Translations under genes and position numbers: made by a program
Shown here: positions 13,850-25,964 of the stretch, one piece after another
How the letters are laid out: each line of letters begins with the position of its first letter
Position numbering within the stretch: the stretch's first letter is position 1
Assembly: GCF_020745735.1 (NCBI RefSeq)
Contig: NC_083409.1
Location: 6,747,534 to 6,811,533, forward strand
Length of the DNA stretch: 64,000 nucleotides
Reading direction: 5' to 3'
DNA from: Hemiscyllium ocellatum
Lineage: Eukaryota
The notes under the pieces: generated by a model
Told to the model about the DNA's origin: nothing
Database searches by the model: none
What the model saw: only the letters and a program-made list of their open reading frames with translations

Positions 13850-14995
13850 GGATGGGAGAGAGATGTGAATGGGCAGAGGCCCAGGTATATAGAGATACAG
13901 GAATGAGGGGGATCCGAGAGAGAGAGAGGCTCATAGAGAGAGAGAAGGACTGTGAAGAGTAGGGGTATAGTGACACAGTGGGTCAGAAATGTGAGAGATA
14001 CGGAGTGAGGGAGTCTGAAGTAGAGAGATTGAGATGGAGAGAGAGCAGGAGAATTGCATTGGGAGAGAAAGTGAAAATGTCAGCAGTGAAGCAAGTGAGA
14101 ATGGGTGGAGGAAGCTGGGTGAGGACATTGAAATCATGGAGTTAGCAGGCGGAAGGAACAGGAATAAGGGTTTCTGTGGTCAAGGGGCTGCTGTCGTGCA
14201 GAGATGGACATTGTTGTGGAGGTAGAGAGATTGTTGGGTTTGAAGCTCAAATACAGGACAGTCCATTAGGAAGGAGGTCGATGATAACTGGTCTCTATTG
14301 CAGGGTCCAATGGGAAGGAGGTAAATGTTTATTGGTGAAAGACACACATCCATTGGTGACGAAGAGATGAGTATGGTTTTCTGTGCCTTAAACTATATCC
14401 ACCTGGGAAGCAGGTGGAAATGGAGACAGGGAAAAAGGGAGAGAAGGAGGGATGGAAAGACGGAGGGAGACAGGGGGAAATAGTAAGCAGGAAACTATCA
14501 GTGAGACAGAGGGAAAGGAGGCATTTAACTGCTGCCCCAGGACTCGGTGTTCCAATGTCCAGCAGTAAGACGGGGTATAGAGATCAGTTAGAGAATGACA
14601 GAGAGAGTGGGAGAGAGAGAGAGGTGAGCAGGCAGAGTGACAAGGATCAAGCGGTACAAGAATGAGGGACAGAAGGAGAGAGAAAGGCTGACTGATACAG
14701 AGGGGTGGTGATACAGAGCATGCTAGAGATGGAGAGAAAGATGGGGTGTGAGGAAGAATACGAGAAAGAGAGTTGGGATGAGTCAGAAGTAGAGAGAGGT
14801 TGAGATGACGAGAGGCATAAGGAATGAGAGAGAATGGGGTGAAAGCGAGACAGAGTGAAAGAGTCAGGAATGGAGACAGAGATATCGAGATGGAGAGAGA
14901 CAGAAAGTGTGAGAGGGTTGCTGTGTGAGAGATTGAGAAAGATTCTGGAATAAAGAGAGAGAAAGGGTGACAGAGAATAGGCACAAATGGGTCTT
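13850..14995. repeat. GA-rich low-complexity polypurine tract
   Basis: Long run of imperfect GAGA/GGAGA repeats. It produces the spurious Leu/Ser-rich ORF 14388-14984. Confidence 0.8.
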
Positions 14996-15580
14996 TTTGT
15001 GTTGGTCAGAATATACCGAGTGGGTTTGCCACAGGAATCAGTGCTGGGGTGTAATTCTTTTTCCAGTCTCTGTCAATGACTTGGATGAAGTATGAGAAAG
15101 AAAATTGTTAATAAGAGAAAGGTTGTTTGGAAAGTAGGTTGTGACATGATCTGAAGGAGGCTATACAAAGATGTAACAAATGGTGAATAATGCTGGAAAA
15201 TGTGAAATTGATCAATTTTCAGTAATGATAAATATAGTGATTGCAACAAGGTTTTCCTGATGAACCTCATTGAGTATGCGTTCCTTGGTTTGGGCTGTGA
15301 ACTGGGCCAAAGAAGAGCGTCATGGCTGACAAATATAAACAAGAGTCGCCTCACTCTCGGGCCTGGATCTGAGCTGGCTGGTGAGAATCTTTGTACTGTA
15401 AACATGTAAATAAAGCGGGACTTTGTAACAGGATACTGATCTCTGAAGTTATTTCGACAAAAAAAGGCATATTATCCGAATGACAAAACATGGGGAGGGA
15501 GAAAGAGAGAGAGAGAGAGAGATCATGGGCTGGAGGGATGTGGAATGGAGAGAGGTCGACAGAGAAAGAGGGGGAGAGAC

Positions 15581-15613
<33 letters not shown>

Positions 15614-15659
15614 GAGACAGACAGAGGAAAAGAGACATGAGGGCAGACTGAGTGAGTGA

Positions 15660-16700
15660 CGGTGTCACAGAGTCAGAAAGACCTGCAACATATAAAAAGA
15701 GGTCCTTCCACCCATCGTGCTTGTGCCAGTCAAAAACAACCACCTCACTATTCTAATTTTCCAGTCCTTGGCCCATCGCCTTGTATACCTTGGCAGCCCA
15801 AGTGTATATACTACTTCAATATTGTGAGGGTCTTTGTCTCTCTCACCCTTACACGCAGTGAGTCCCCGATTCCCACCACCATCTGGGTGAAAATGGTTTT
15901 CCTCACATTTTCTCTAAACCTCATGCCCATGACCTGACATCTATCTCCGTTGTCATTGATCCCTTCATCAAGGGGAAGGACGCATACACCTCATGATTTT
16001 ATACATCTCAGTCATGTACACGATCAATCTCCTCTAAGGGAAACAACTCCAGTCTGTCCAATCTCTCTTCACAACAGAAACTCTCCAGATAACATCCTGG
16101 TAAATCCCCTCTGCAACCTCTCCAGAGCTATCATATCCCACTGATAACGTATATTCCCGAACTACATACCAATATTGTAGCCGTGGCCGAACCAACATTT
16201 CATTTCGATCCAAAAAAGTCTTCCTGCCCTTAAAATCGTCACCTCAACTAAAACAAAAGGAAAACCATACAGTCACAAAGATGTACAGCAAGGAAACAGA
16301 CCCTTCGGATCAACCTGTCCATGCCGATCAGATATCCTAAATAAACGTAGTCTAATTTGACAGCATTTGGCCCATTTCTCGTTAAAACCTTCTTATTCAT
16401 ATAGCTGTCCAGATGCCTTTGAAGTGTTGAAATTTTCCCATCTGCCTTCTTAACCATTTTATCCAACTGTCCTGAAACCTTAAAGGACCAGTGCACATGC
16501 ACACAAGGTCCCTCTGATCCTGGGTGCACCCCAGGGTCCGACTGTCCAACATGCATACATCTACCTTGTGTGTCCTGCCCAAGTGCGTCATATCACATTT
16601 ATATGGATTAAATTCAATTTGACATTAATCAGCCCATCTGACCAGTTCGTCTCTATCCTTCTATAATCTAAGGCTATCCATCCCTTCAAATTTTCAATCA
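15660..16700 (-). mobile_element. CR1 LINE 3' fragments
   Basis: Reverse-complement CR1 3' sequence (GGAAACAGACCCTTCGG tail motif at ~16291; CR1 UTR-like sequence at ~15850-16150). Confidence 0.7.
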
Positions 16701-16987
16701 TTTGTAAACATCCAGGTCAGACTTCCTACAATCAAATTGAAATAATTCACATGACGCAAAATCAGCAAAGACCCCTAATTCAGATGGGTATGGCTCAATC
16801 GTGGAGACAAGACATCCAGTCAGAAAAACACTCGACAATCAGTACCCTCTGCTTCCTGACAAGGAGAGATACAAATGGAAAGCGAGAGAATGAAAGCTGA
16901 GAAAGGGAAAAGAGGGGACAAGGAAGAGAGGAGGGAGAGAAGGACAGGTGAGTGAGTCAGAGAGAGGAAAGAGGAAGTGCGATGGGC

Positions 16988-17067
16988 TGACGTGGCTCTC
17001 TCTGCCTGATGCCATTTACATACTGAGGAACACCCAGTCAGACTCTCACAGGCAGCTGCTTTATAAA
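16988..17067 (+). promoter_or_regulatory. Ig kappa V promoter, cluster 1
   Basis: TGACGT (16988), octamer variant ATTTACAT (17014-17021), GAGGAA (17025-17030), E-box CAGCTG (17053-17058) and TATAAA (17062-17067), about 60 bp upstream of the ATG. The layout is conserved in cluster 2. Confidence 0.75.
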
Positions 17068-17127
17068 GCAGAGCCCAGTGAAGAGAGAGTTTATCAGGAA
17101 CCAGGCACAGGGACAGGAACACGCACC

Positions 17128-17176
17128 ATGATTTCACACATCCGGCTGATCTGGCCCTTGGCATTCTGCATCACAG
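17128..17176 (+). CDS. IGKV: Ig kappa light chain leader exon (MISHIRLIWPLAFCIT-G), cluster 1
   Basis: ATG, hydrophobic signal peptide and phase-1 donor G|GTAC. The 186-bp intron 17177-17362 ends in CCCCTCAG and has the same length as in cluster 2. Confidence 0.92.
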
Positions 17177-17362
17177 GTACAATTCTCTCTCCTTCCATCT
17201 TGAATCTTTAGCTGCTCTCCATTTCACTCCAATTCCACTGACTTGTGATTGAACGGAAAATGCTGAAACCAGAGGAATGCTCAGTGTCTCCAACAATCTC
17301 TTATTTGACTGGCTCTTTCTGTGAAAGTTCTGACGTCACTGTGTTTCTCTCTGACCCCTCAG

Positions 17363-17692
17363 GTATCAGTGGGGACATCACCATGAGCCAGACTCCTCCG
17401 GTGCTGTCAGTGAGACTGGGCCAGACCGCAACCATCACCTGTACGGCCAGTCAATCTGTTAGCAATGAGCTTTCCTGGTACCAGCAGCGAGAAGGTCAGA
17501 AACCCTCACTCCTGATGTACAATGCAGCAGCTCGATTCACAGGAGTCTCCGATCGATTCACCGGCAGTGGATCAGGGACCAGTTACATCCTGACAATCAG
17601 CAACATTCAGAATGAGGATGTCGCTGACTATTACTGCATGCAAGGTTACAGCAACCCTTTTACGTTTGGTAAAAGAACCAAGCTCAGACTGA
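17363..17692 (+). CDS. IGKV: Germline-joined Ig kappa V-J exon, cluster 1
   Basis: Translates as [106 protein letters not shown]. It has both Cys, WYQ and DYYC. V runs straight into J with no heptamer/nonamer, and the donor is A|GTAAGT at 17692/17693. Confidence 0.96.
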
Positions 17693-18129
17693 GTAAGTAA
17701 ACCTCAGTCCTCCATTATTCACCCTGTCAATACTGAAATACGCTTTCTAAAACACAAATGCTGAATTGTTGAAGGCATTAGTGGGGAGCTGCAGTGAATG
17801 AAATGGTTGATTGAGGAGCACTGTGTCTAACAGGGTGTCCAGCTGTATTTCTTTACTTTCATTGCGCCTTTAAGCAGCAAGTTATAAGTCAGTAAGTTTT
17901 ACTCACCTTGTGAAGGGGCTCTGTCCATTTGCAGCCTGTGGTCCCATTCCTGCAGCATGGAGTGAAATCAGTGAGTAACGTCCTACCAGTCTCAGTGTGA
18001 CGGACACGGGCAGAGTTTAATGTGAGCTCTGGTTCCCTCTCCCAGTCTCTGGTCTCACTGACCTCAGCAACAGCAGCAGTAGCACAGTGAGACACCGAGC
18101 TCCCACCTCCCCCAGCTTTAACTTTGCTC

Positions 18130-18370
18130 AATCACATAATCACAGAATTGTAACAGTGCACATGGAGGCTATTCTTCCCATCCTGTCTGTACGGCCTCTC
18201 TGAATGAGCAATTCACTGAGTGTCATTCTCCAGTCTTCTCCATGTCAGACTGTACATTGCTCCTTTTCAACTAAGTCTCATTCCCTTTGGAATGTTTCAA
18301 TTGAAGCTGCCTCCACCACACTCTCAGGCAGTGCATTCCACACCTTAACCACTCACTGGCTGAAAACGAT
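18130..18370 (-). mobile_element. SINE/CR1-tail fragment shared with cluster 2 (60685-60905)
   Basis: Aligns in inverted orientation to 60685-60905 at the same position relative to J, so the insertion predates the cluster duplication. Confidence 0.7.
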
Positions 18371-19169
18371 TGTCATCACCTCGCTTTTGCTTCTTTTACC
18401 AATTACATTCAATCTATGACCTCTCGTTCTCCATTCTTTCCTGATTAGGGGTATTTTCTCCCTATGTACTCTGTCTACATCCCTCCTGATTTCAAGTCCT
18501 CGATCAAATGTCCTCTCTGCCTTTCCTTTCCCAAGGAACATAGTCCCAAGATCTCCAATCTATCTTTTCTCGTCGACGTTCGTTTTTGCTGAAACTTCCT
18601 TGGGATTGTTTTTTGCCCTCTCTGCAAAGTATTAATATCATTCCTGAATTATTCACCTGATCTATACTCCTGAGTCCCATTTGCCACCATTTGACCCATA
18701 TCGCTCTATACCTTTCCTGTTCATGTATCTGCGCAAATGTTTTTTAAGATGTTGTAATGTTTTCACCTCCACCACTTCCTCTGGCAGCTCATTGCATATA
18801 ATTCAGCTGTCTGGGTGAAAAAGTTGCTCTCATGTCCCTTTTAAATCTTTTCCCTCTCACCTTAAACCTATGCCATGCAGCTTTGTGCTCCCCTACTGTG
18901 GAAAAAGACATTGGATAACTAATTTATCTATTGTCATGGAACAGGCCAGACCCCCTCAAAACATTTCGAGAAGTTAGTCCAGATTGTCATTTTTCTAGTT
19001 GTTCTGAGCAGGTGAACAGTGGATATTCCAGGAATGATGCAGTTGGTCAAAACCCCTTGGATTTAAACAAAACAGAATTTATTTACAGACTACCAACTGA
19101 AACATACAAAAGAGAACAGAATATAGAATAACATAACCTATCTGAGACCCATTCGACTATCTCACTTAA

Positions 19170-19980
19170 TGCCCACCAACAGGGTGATAGCAGATGGAAG
19201 GTATTCAGCCCGGAGCTCAGTGATTGATGGTGTTCTGCAGGGATCTGTTCTGCAGGGATCTGTTCTGGGATTTATGCTCTATGTGATTTTTAGAAACGAC
19301 TTGAATGAGGAAGTGGAAGTGTGGATTTGTAAGTTTGCGAATGACAAAAGATTGGTAGAGTGGTGGATAGTGTGGGTGGGCTGTTGTCGTTTACAATGGG
19401 ATATTGACAGTAAGTAGAGCTGGACTGAGAAGTGGCAGATGGAATTCAACCTGGAAAAGTGTGAAGCAACTCATTTTGTTAGGTCAAATTTGAATGCAGA
19501 TTACAGGGTTAAAAGCAGTTTGGAGGAACAGAAGGATCTTGGGGTCCATGTCCATAGATTTCTGAAAGTTGCCACCCATGTTGATAGGGTTGGTAAGAAG
19601 GAGTATGGTGTGTTGGTTTTCATGAGCTGGAAAATTGAGTTGAAAGGCCCCAAAGTAAATCGCTGGTTAGACTACACCTGAAATATTGCATTCGGTTCTG
19701 GTCACCTCATTATCTGAAGGGCGTGGAAACTTCACAGAGGATGCAGAGGAGATTTACTAGGATGTAGCCTGGACTGGAGGATATGTCTAAAGAAGAAAGG
19801 CTGAGGGAGCTAGGGCTTTCCTCATTGGAGAGAAGAAGAATGAGAGGTGACTTGATAGAGATGTAAAAAGATGAGAGACATAGATAGAATGGATAACCAG
19901 AGACTTTTTCCCAGGGCAGAAATGGCTTCCTTCAGGGGACCAAATTTTAAGGTGATTGGAGGAAGGATTAGGGGAGATGG
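19170..19980 (+). mobile_element. CR1 LINE RT/3' fragment
   Basis: GVLQGSVLG..VIFRNDL..CKFANDK (19169 ORF) and MEFNLEKCEATHF (19439 ORF). Confidence 0.85.
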
Positions 19981-21370
19981 AGTCATAGAGATGTACAGCA
20001 TGGAAACAGACCCTTCGGTCCAACTCATCCATGCTGACTAGATATCCGAACCCAATCTAGTCCCACCTGCCAGCTGCCAGCCGATATCCCTCCAACCCCT
20101 TCCTATTCATTTACCCATCCAAATGTCTCTTAAATTTTACAATTGTACCAGCCTCCACCACTTCCTTTGACAGCTCATTCCATACACTTACCACCCTCTG
20201 CGTGAAAACGCTCCCCATTAGGTATCTTTACATCTTACCCCTCTCACCCTAAACCTGTGCCCTCTAATTCTGGAGTCCCCCACCCCAGGAAAGAGACTCT
20301 GTCTATTTATCTTATCCAGGCCCCTCATGATTCTATAAACTTCTATAAGATTGTACCTCAGCCTCCTATGCTCCAGGGAAAACAGCCTATTCAACCTTCT
20401 CTACAACTCAATTCCTGCAACTCTGGCAACATCCTTGTAAATCTTTTCTGAACCCTTTCACGTTTCACAACATCTTTCCGATAGGAAGGACATCAGAATT
20501 GTACACAATATTCCAAAAGTGACCTAACCAATGACCTGTACAGCAGCAACATGACCTCTCAACTCCTGTACTCAACACTCTGACCAATGAAGGAAAGCAT
20601 ACCAAATGCTTTCTTCACTATCTTATCCATCTGTGAGTCCAGCTTCAAGGAGCTATGAACTTGCACTCCAAGGTCTCTGTTCAGCAACACTCCCCAGGAT
20701 CTTACCATTAAGTGTATAAGTCCTGCTCAGATTTGCTTTCCCAAAATGCAGCACATCGCACTTATCTGAATTAAACGCCATCTGCCACTTCTCAGCCCAT
20801 TGGCCAATCTGATCAAGAGTCTGTTGTAATCTAAGGTAACCTTCTTTGCTGTCCAATATACTTCCAATTTTGATGTCATCTGCAAACTTACTAACGGTAC
20901 CTCTTATGCTCACATCCAAATCATTTATATGAACGATGAAACATAGTGGACCCAGCACCGATCCTTACGGCACTCCACTAGTGACAGGCCTCCAGACTGA
21001 AAAAGAAACCGTCAACCACCACCCTCTGTCTTCCACCTTTGAGCCAGTTCTGTATCGAAATGTCTAGTTCTGCCTGTATTCCGTGAGAACTAGCCTTGCT
21101 GACCAGGCTTCCATGGGGAATCTTGTTGAATACCTTACTGAAGTCTACATAGATCACATCTACTGCTCTGGCCTCATCAATCCTTTTTGTTACTTTTTCA
21201 AAAGACTCAATCAAGCTTGTGAGACATGATTTCCACACACAAAGCCATGTTGACTATCCCTAATCAGTCCTTGCCTTTCCAAGTACATGTATATCCTGTC
21301 CTTCAGGAATCCCTCCAACAACTTGCCCACCACCGACATCAGGCTCACTGGTCTCTCGCTCCATGGCTTG
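19981..21370 (-). mobile_element. CR1 LINE RT to 3' end
   Basis: INDLDVSIRGTVSKFADDIK (20653-20958) and VDFSKVFNKIPH (20978-21238). The AGTCATAGAG tail is at 19981. Confidence 0.9.
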
Positions 21371-22024
21371 TCCTTACAACCCTTCTTAAACAGATGTCAG
21401 AGGTAGGTTCTTTACACAGAGAGTTGTTGGTGTGTGGAATGCACAGTGGTAGAGTCAGATACATTTGGGACATTCAAGCAACTCTTAGATCAGTACATGG
21501 ATGATAGTCAAATGAAGGGTATGTAGGTTCATTTGATCTTAGAATCATGTTTGATGTTTAATGATGCTGCTCACTCCCCTTTCATTATACAAATGTTTGT
21601 TTGAAAACTGTAAAGCTTCTTCAAGTAGATAAACTCAGACATTTTGGAGTTTATGTGTTTACGACTCTGAGAAAAAGCCAAAGACAACCTAACCTTGTTA
21701 AAGGAGCAGCATCGTCACACTCTGGCCCTCATGATTTTATAAAACCTCTAAATGGCCGTCCTCCAGCTCCTGCTCCAGGGAAAAAGTCCCAGCCCATCCA
21801 CCTTCTCCTTATAACTCAGACCTTTCCATCTCAGTAACATCATTGTAAATTCTTTTTGCAACTTTTCGTTTTATAACATCATTCCTCTAGCAGGGTGACC
21901 AGAATTGTACCCAGTGCTCTAATTGTGCTTTTATCAATATCTTGTACGACTGTAAATGACATCCTGTCTTCTGCTGTCAGCATTCTGACTGACGAAGGCA
22001 AGTGTGTCAGCCATCTTGTTCACC

Positions 22025-22310
22025 ACGGTAACACGGAGGCTTAGTGGTTAGCTCTCCTGCTCACACTGCCAAAGACCTAGACTCAATTCCCATCGTGCCC
22101 GCGTGGATTTTGTCTGGGTGCTCGGCTTTCCTCCCACTGTCCAATAATATGCAAGTTAGGTGGATTGACAATGCTAAAATGTTCATAGATTCCAGGGATG
22201 TGCAGGTGAGTTGGATTGGCCATGGAAAATGCAGGATTACAGGGATAAGTATGATGCTTTTTGGAGAGTTAGTATGGGCTTGTTGGGCTGAATGGCCTGC
22301 TTATACACTG
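22025..22310 (+). mobile_element. tRNA-derived V-SINE (HE1-like)
   Basis: tRNA-like head GGCTTAGTGGTTAGC...TCAATTCCC, a V-domain-like GCGTGGATTTTGTCTGGGTGCTCGGCTTTCCTCCCAC, and a CR1-like tail. Confidence 0.65.
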
Positions 22311-22549
22311 TTGATAGTTCTGGATGTAGGTTTATCTGGATGACATTTCATGACCATACTTGGTAATATCTTAAGTGAGGCTCCAAATGAAGTTTCACCC
22401 TAAGGCTCACTGATGTTGTTACCTAGTATGGGGGCGAAAAATCCGAAAATGAACCTTCCAGCTCAGCGAGCAAACCTCCATCCAGAACCTCAACCTGAGC
22501 CACAGGTCTTCTCAAAATTCGCTAACTGTTGATAGTCCATGATTCACCC

Positions 22550-25500
22550 TTTCTTTCAATGATGCCTCTTTCAAGAAACTATGCACCTGCACTCCTGAGC
22601 CTCTCGTTTTGACAACTCTCCCCAGGGTCCGATCATTAACTTTGTATGTCCTGACTCAGTTTACGTTATCAAAATGCAATACCACACCTTTATCTGAATT
22701 AAGCTTCATTTGCCATTCCTCGACCCAGTGGCCCAAGTGATCAATATCTCATTGTACTCTCAGACAGCTTTAGTCATTGCCCACATGTCACCAACTTTGT
22801 TGTCATCTGCAAAGTTACTAACCATACCTCCTCAATTCTCAACAAAACTGTTTGTATAAATGATAGATAAGAGTGGATACAGTGTGGAACACAGCTTTCT
22901 CGTCTGAACAACAACTTTCTACCATCACCCTCTGTCGTCTACTATCAAGCCAATTTTGTTTCCAATTGACTAGATTTCCCTGGACTCCATGGGATCTAAC
23001 CCAATTATTCCAGTCGACCATACAGGACCTTTTTGAAACCCTTGCTAAAGTCGATGTAGACAAATATCGATCACTCTGCCTTCAACTATTTTCTTGGTCA
23101 CCTCTTCAATCACTTTTGTGCGACACGATTTCTCACACACAAAACCATGCTGATTACCCCAATCAATCCTGACCTTTCCAAATACATTTGTAGATACTAC
23201 CTCTTAAAATTTCCTACAAAAACGTATCCACCACTAATGTCAGACTCACCGCTCTATGGTTCCCTGGATTCACCTTGCAGCCTTTCTTAAATAATGGCAC
23301 AAAATCATCCAGTCTTCAAGCCTCCCCTGTGGCTGTCAATGACACAAATATCTCTGCAAGGGGCCTCCCTGTCACTTCCTGAACTTTCCTTAAAGAACAA
23401 AGAAAATGTACAGCCCAGGAACAGATCTTTTGGCTCTCCAAGCCTGTGCTGATCCAAACCCCCACCTACTCATGCATCAGTTCTGACGAACCTTAAATGG
23501 ATCTACTGTGCCTGCCTATAGTACCACTGCTAGCAACACGTTCCAGGCACATACCACCCTCTGTGTAAAGTACTTTCAACATGTATCCCCATTAAATGTT
23601 TCTCCTCTCACCTTGAATGTGTGACCTCGTGTTATTGAATCCCTCACCCTGAGAAAAAGGTTTCTCTCTTTGCACCCTGACTTTACGCTTCATAAGTTTG
23701 TAGATGTCAATAAAGTCCATCCTCAATCTCCTTTATTGATAATGAAAAAGTCGTAACCTACACCACATCTCTTTATAGCTAGCACCTTCCGTAAAAGGTA
23801 ACATCCTTGTAAACCATCTCTGTACCCTTTCCAAAGCGTCCACATCCTTTTGGTAATGTGGCGACCAGAAATGTGCACACTATTCTAAATGCAGCCGAAC
23901 CAAAGTCTTGTACAATTTTAATATGACCTGCCAGCTCTTTTAATCAATACCCCGTCCGATGAAGGCAAGCAGACCATATGAGTTATTGACCACGCTCTCT
24001 AATTGTGCAGCAAAATTCAAGGTGCAATGGATCTGAACTCCCAGATCTCTCTGCTCATAAACGTTTCCTAAGGCCCTTCCATTTACAATATAATTTGCTC
24101 TAGAATTAGACCTCCAAAAAAGCATCACCTCACATTGGCATTGATTGAACTCCATCTGCCACTTCTCTACCCAATCTCCATTCTGCCTATATTCTCCGGT
24201 ATTGTTTGACAGTCCCCTATACTTTCTGCTGTACTTCAGATCATCTACAAATTTAATGATCAGACTACCAATGCCCTCTTTCAGATCATTTATGTATATC
24301 ACAAACAACAATGGCCCTAGCATTGATTCCTGTGAAACACCACTGGTCATCTTTCTCCATTTCAAGAAACTCCCTTCAACTGCTATTCTTGTCTCCTGTT
24401 CCTCAACTGGTTCTTTATCCACCTAGTTAGAACACCCTGCACACCATGTGACTTCATGGGCATTCTGGGTTAGACTTAATTAAGTCTTGGGCTTTATCTA
24501 CCTTCTTGAGATTTAAGAACAGACTACAACTCCTTTTCTTCTTTAATGTGGACTCTGTTCAAGACGTCACCATTTACTTCCTGAATTTATTGTTTGCTTC
24601 CATCTTTCTCAACTGTAAATACTGAGGCAAAATATTTGTTCTATAACTCACTCATCTCTTGTTTTACATAAAAATTTGAAAATTTCTAAGGGTGAAACAT
24701 TTGGAGTTGACCCATGGGATACGATCCATGATCATGACATTACTATGGATTCTCCTTTGTCCTTTTCCACTGTCTTCCTAAACCATCTGAGACAATGATC
24801 ACTCTTCCCTAAATGTCCTCTCAATGACACTTGATCGACTTGGGTTTCTTGGCTCCCAAGGTCCAAGTCTAGCAGAGCCTCCTTTCTCATTGGGTGGTGA
24901 ACACACGGCTGGAGAAAATTCACCTGAACACAGATTCACAACGCTGGCCCCTCTCTGCCCTTCACACTGCTACTATCCCAGTCTATATTCAAATAATTAA
25001 TGTCCCCCCAATTGAGGCAACGCTATCTTGTTTGCACCTCTCTCTGAGTTCCCTGTAAATTTGTCCCTCTCCATTCTTCCCACTAGTTGGTGACCTCGAG
25101 ACTGCACTGAATAATCTGATCGCACCTTTCATGTTTCTTGTCTTGAGCCAAATCGATTCTGTCCTTGACCCCTCTGAAATGTCGTCTCCCTCCAGCTCTG
25201 CTCTGATCTCTTGAACGAATTCCATGACTTTCGTGAACACCTTGTATCTTGGGATATTTAACACTCCCTCCTGTCCTTCTTTCCACCCAGTTTCTCTTGG
25301 AGACACAACATCAGATTTCCACTTGACAATCAGTGTCTGTAATTCCCCAGTCTTATTCCCCACACTCCTTGCAGTCCCATACATGCACAGTCACCCTGAT
25401 TTACAATTTAGTACTCTCATGGACGCTCCACACTGATACCAGCTGCTGCTCAAGCTCCCAAACCCAGAGCTCCAACTGCTGTCACTAACCACAATTCCTG

Positions 25501-25750
25501 CTCTCATGATATACCACCAGGACTCATCTGGAAATTTCCACATAGAACAGGCTGCATATTCTCTCCACTCACTGGTTATCGCTTGCAAAGTTTTCATAAC
25601 AAATTGCTGCAGCAGGGTTTGCAATCCACTGTAAATGTCTTTGGGAAAGCCTGAGGTGTGGAATGTTCAATAGAAATGCAGATCTTTCATGTCTGTGAAT
25701 GAAATGCATGCCCACCTCCATGAACTGCTCTACTGAAGGCACTATATCGG
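22550..25750 (-). mobile_element. CR1 LINE(s): RT fragments, endonuclease and ORF1 remnant
   Basis: GVSQESMLGPLLFVIYINDL..KFVDD (23940-24422), APE N-terminus ARSVGNKTGEL..WKSDVV (24989-25384), and an ORF1-like EYAACSMWKF (25391-25624). Confidence 0.85.
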
Positions 25751-25964
25751 GCTGGGGAACAGCTCCAGCCTCCCCAGGTGGTCTCGAGCATGGAAGGGGC
25801 GGCATGGCAGACTATTGGACGGGGAGCAGTCAGCAAGGCCACAGTGTGGAGCACTCTCCTCTCAGATTCACAATGTTGTGGCTTCATGTCCCACTCCAGA
25901 GATATGAGCACGTCATCCAGGGTGAGAGTGCAGTGCACTACGGAGGGAGTGCTGCACTGTCGGG

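Noticed and set aside
14388-14984. Hydrophobic Leu/Ser-rich ORFs (also 63643-63984) as membrane proteins
   Set aside because: They are translations of CT/GA low-complexity DNA.
17245-17362. N-terminal extension of ORF 17245-17700 (and 62193-62310 of ORF 61888-62310)
   Set aside because: This is leader-V intron sequence that happens to be open. The real start is the upstream leader exon.
18925-19165. Possible solo LTR (begins TGTCATGG)
   Set aside because: I could not identify a second copy, PBS/PPT or TSD in the window, so it is not supportable without a repeat library.
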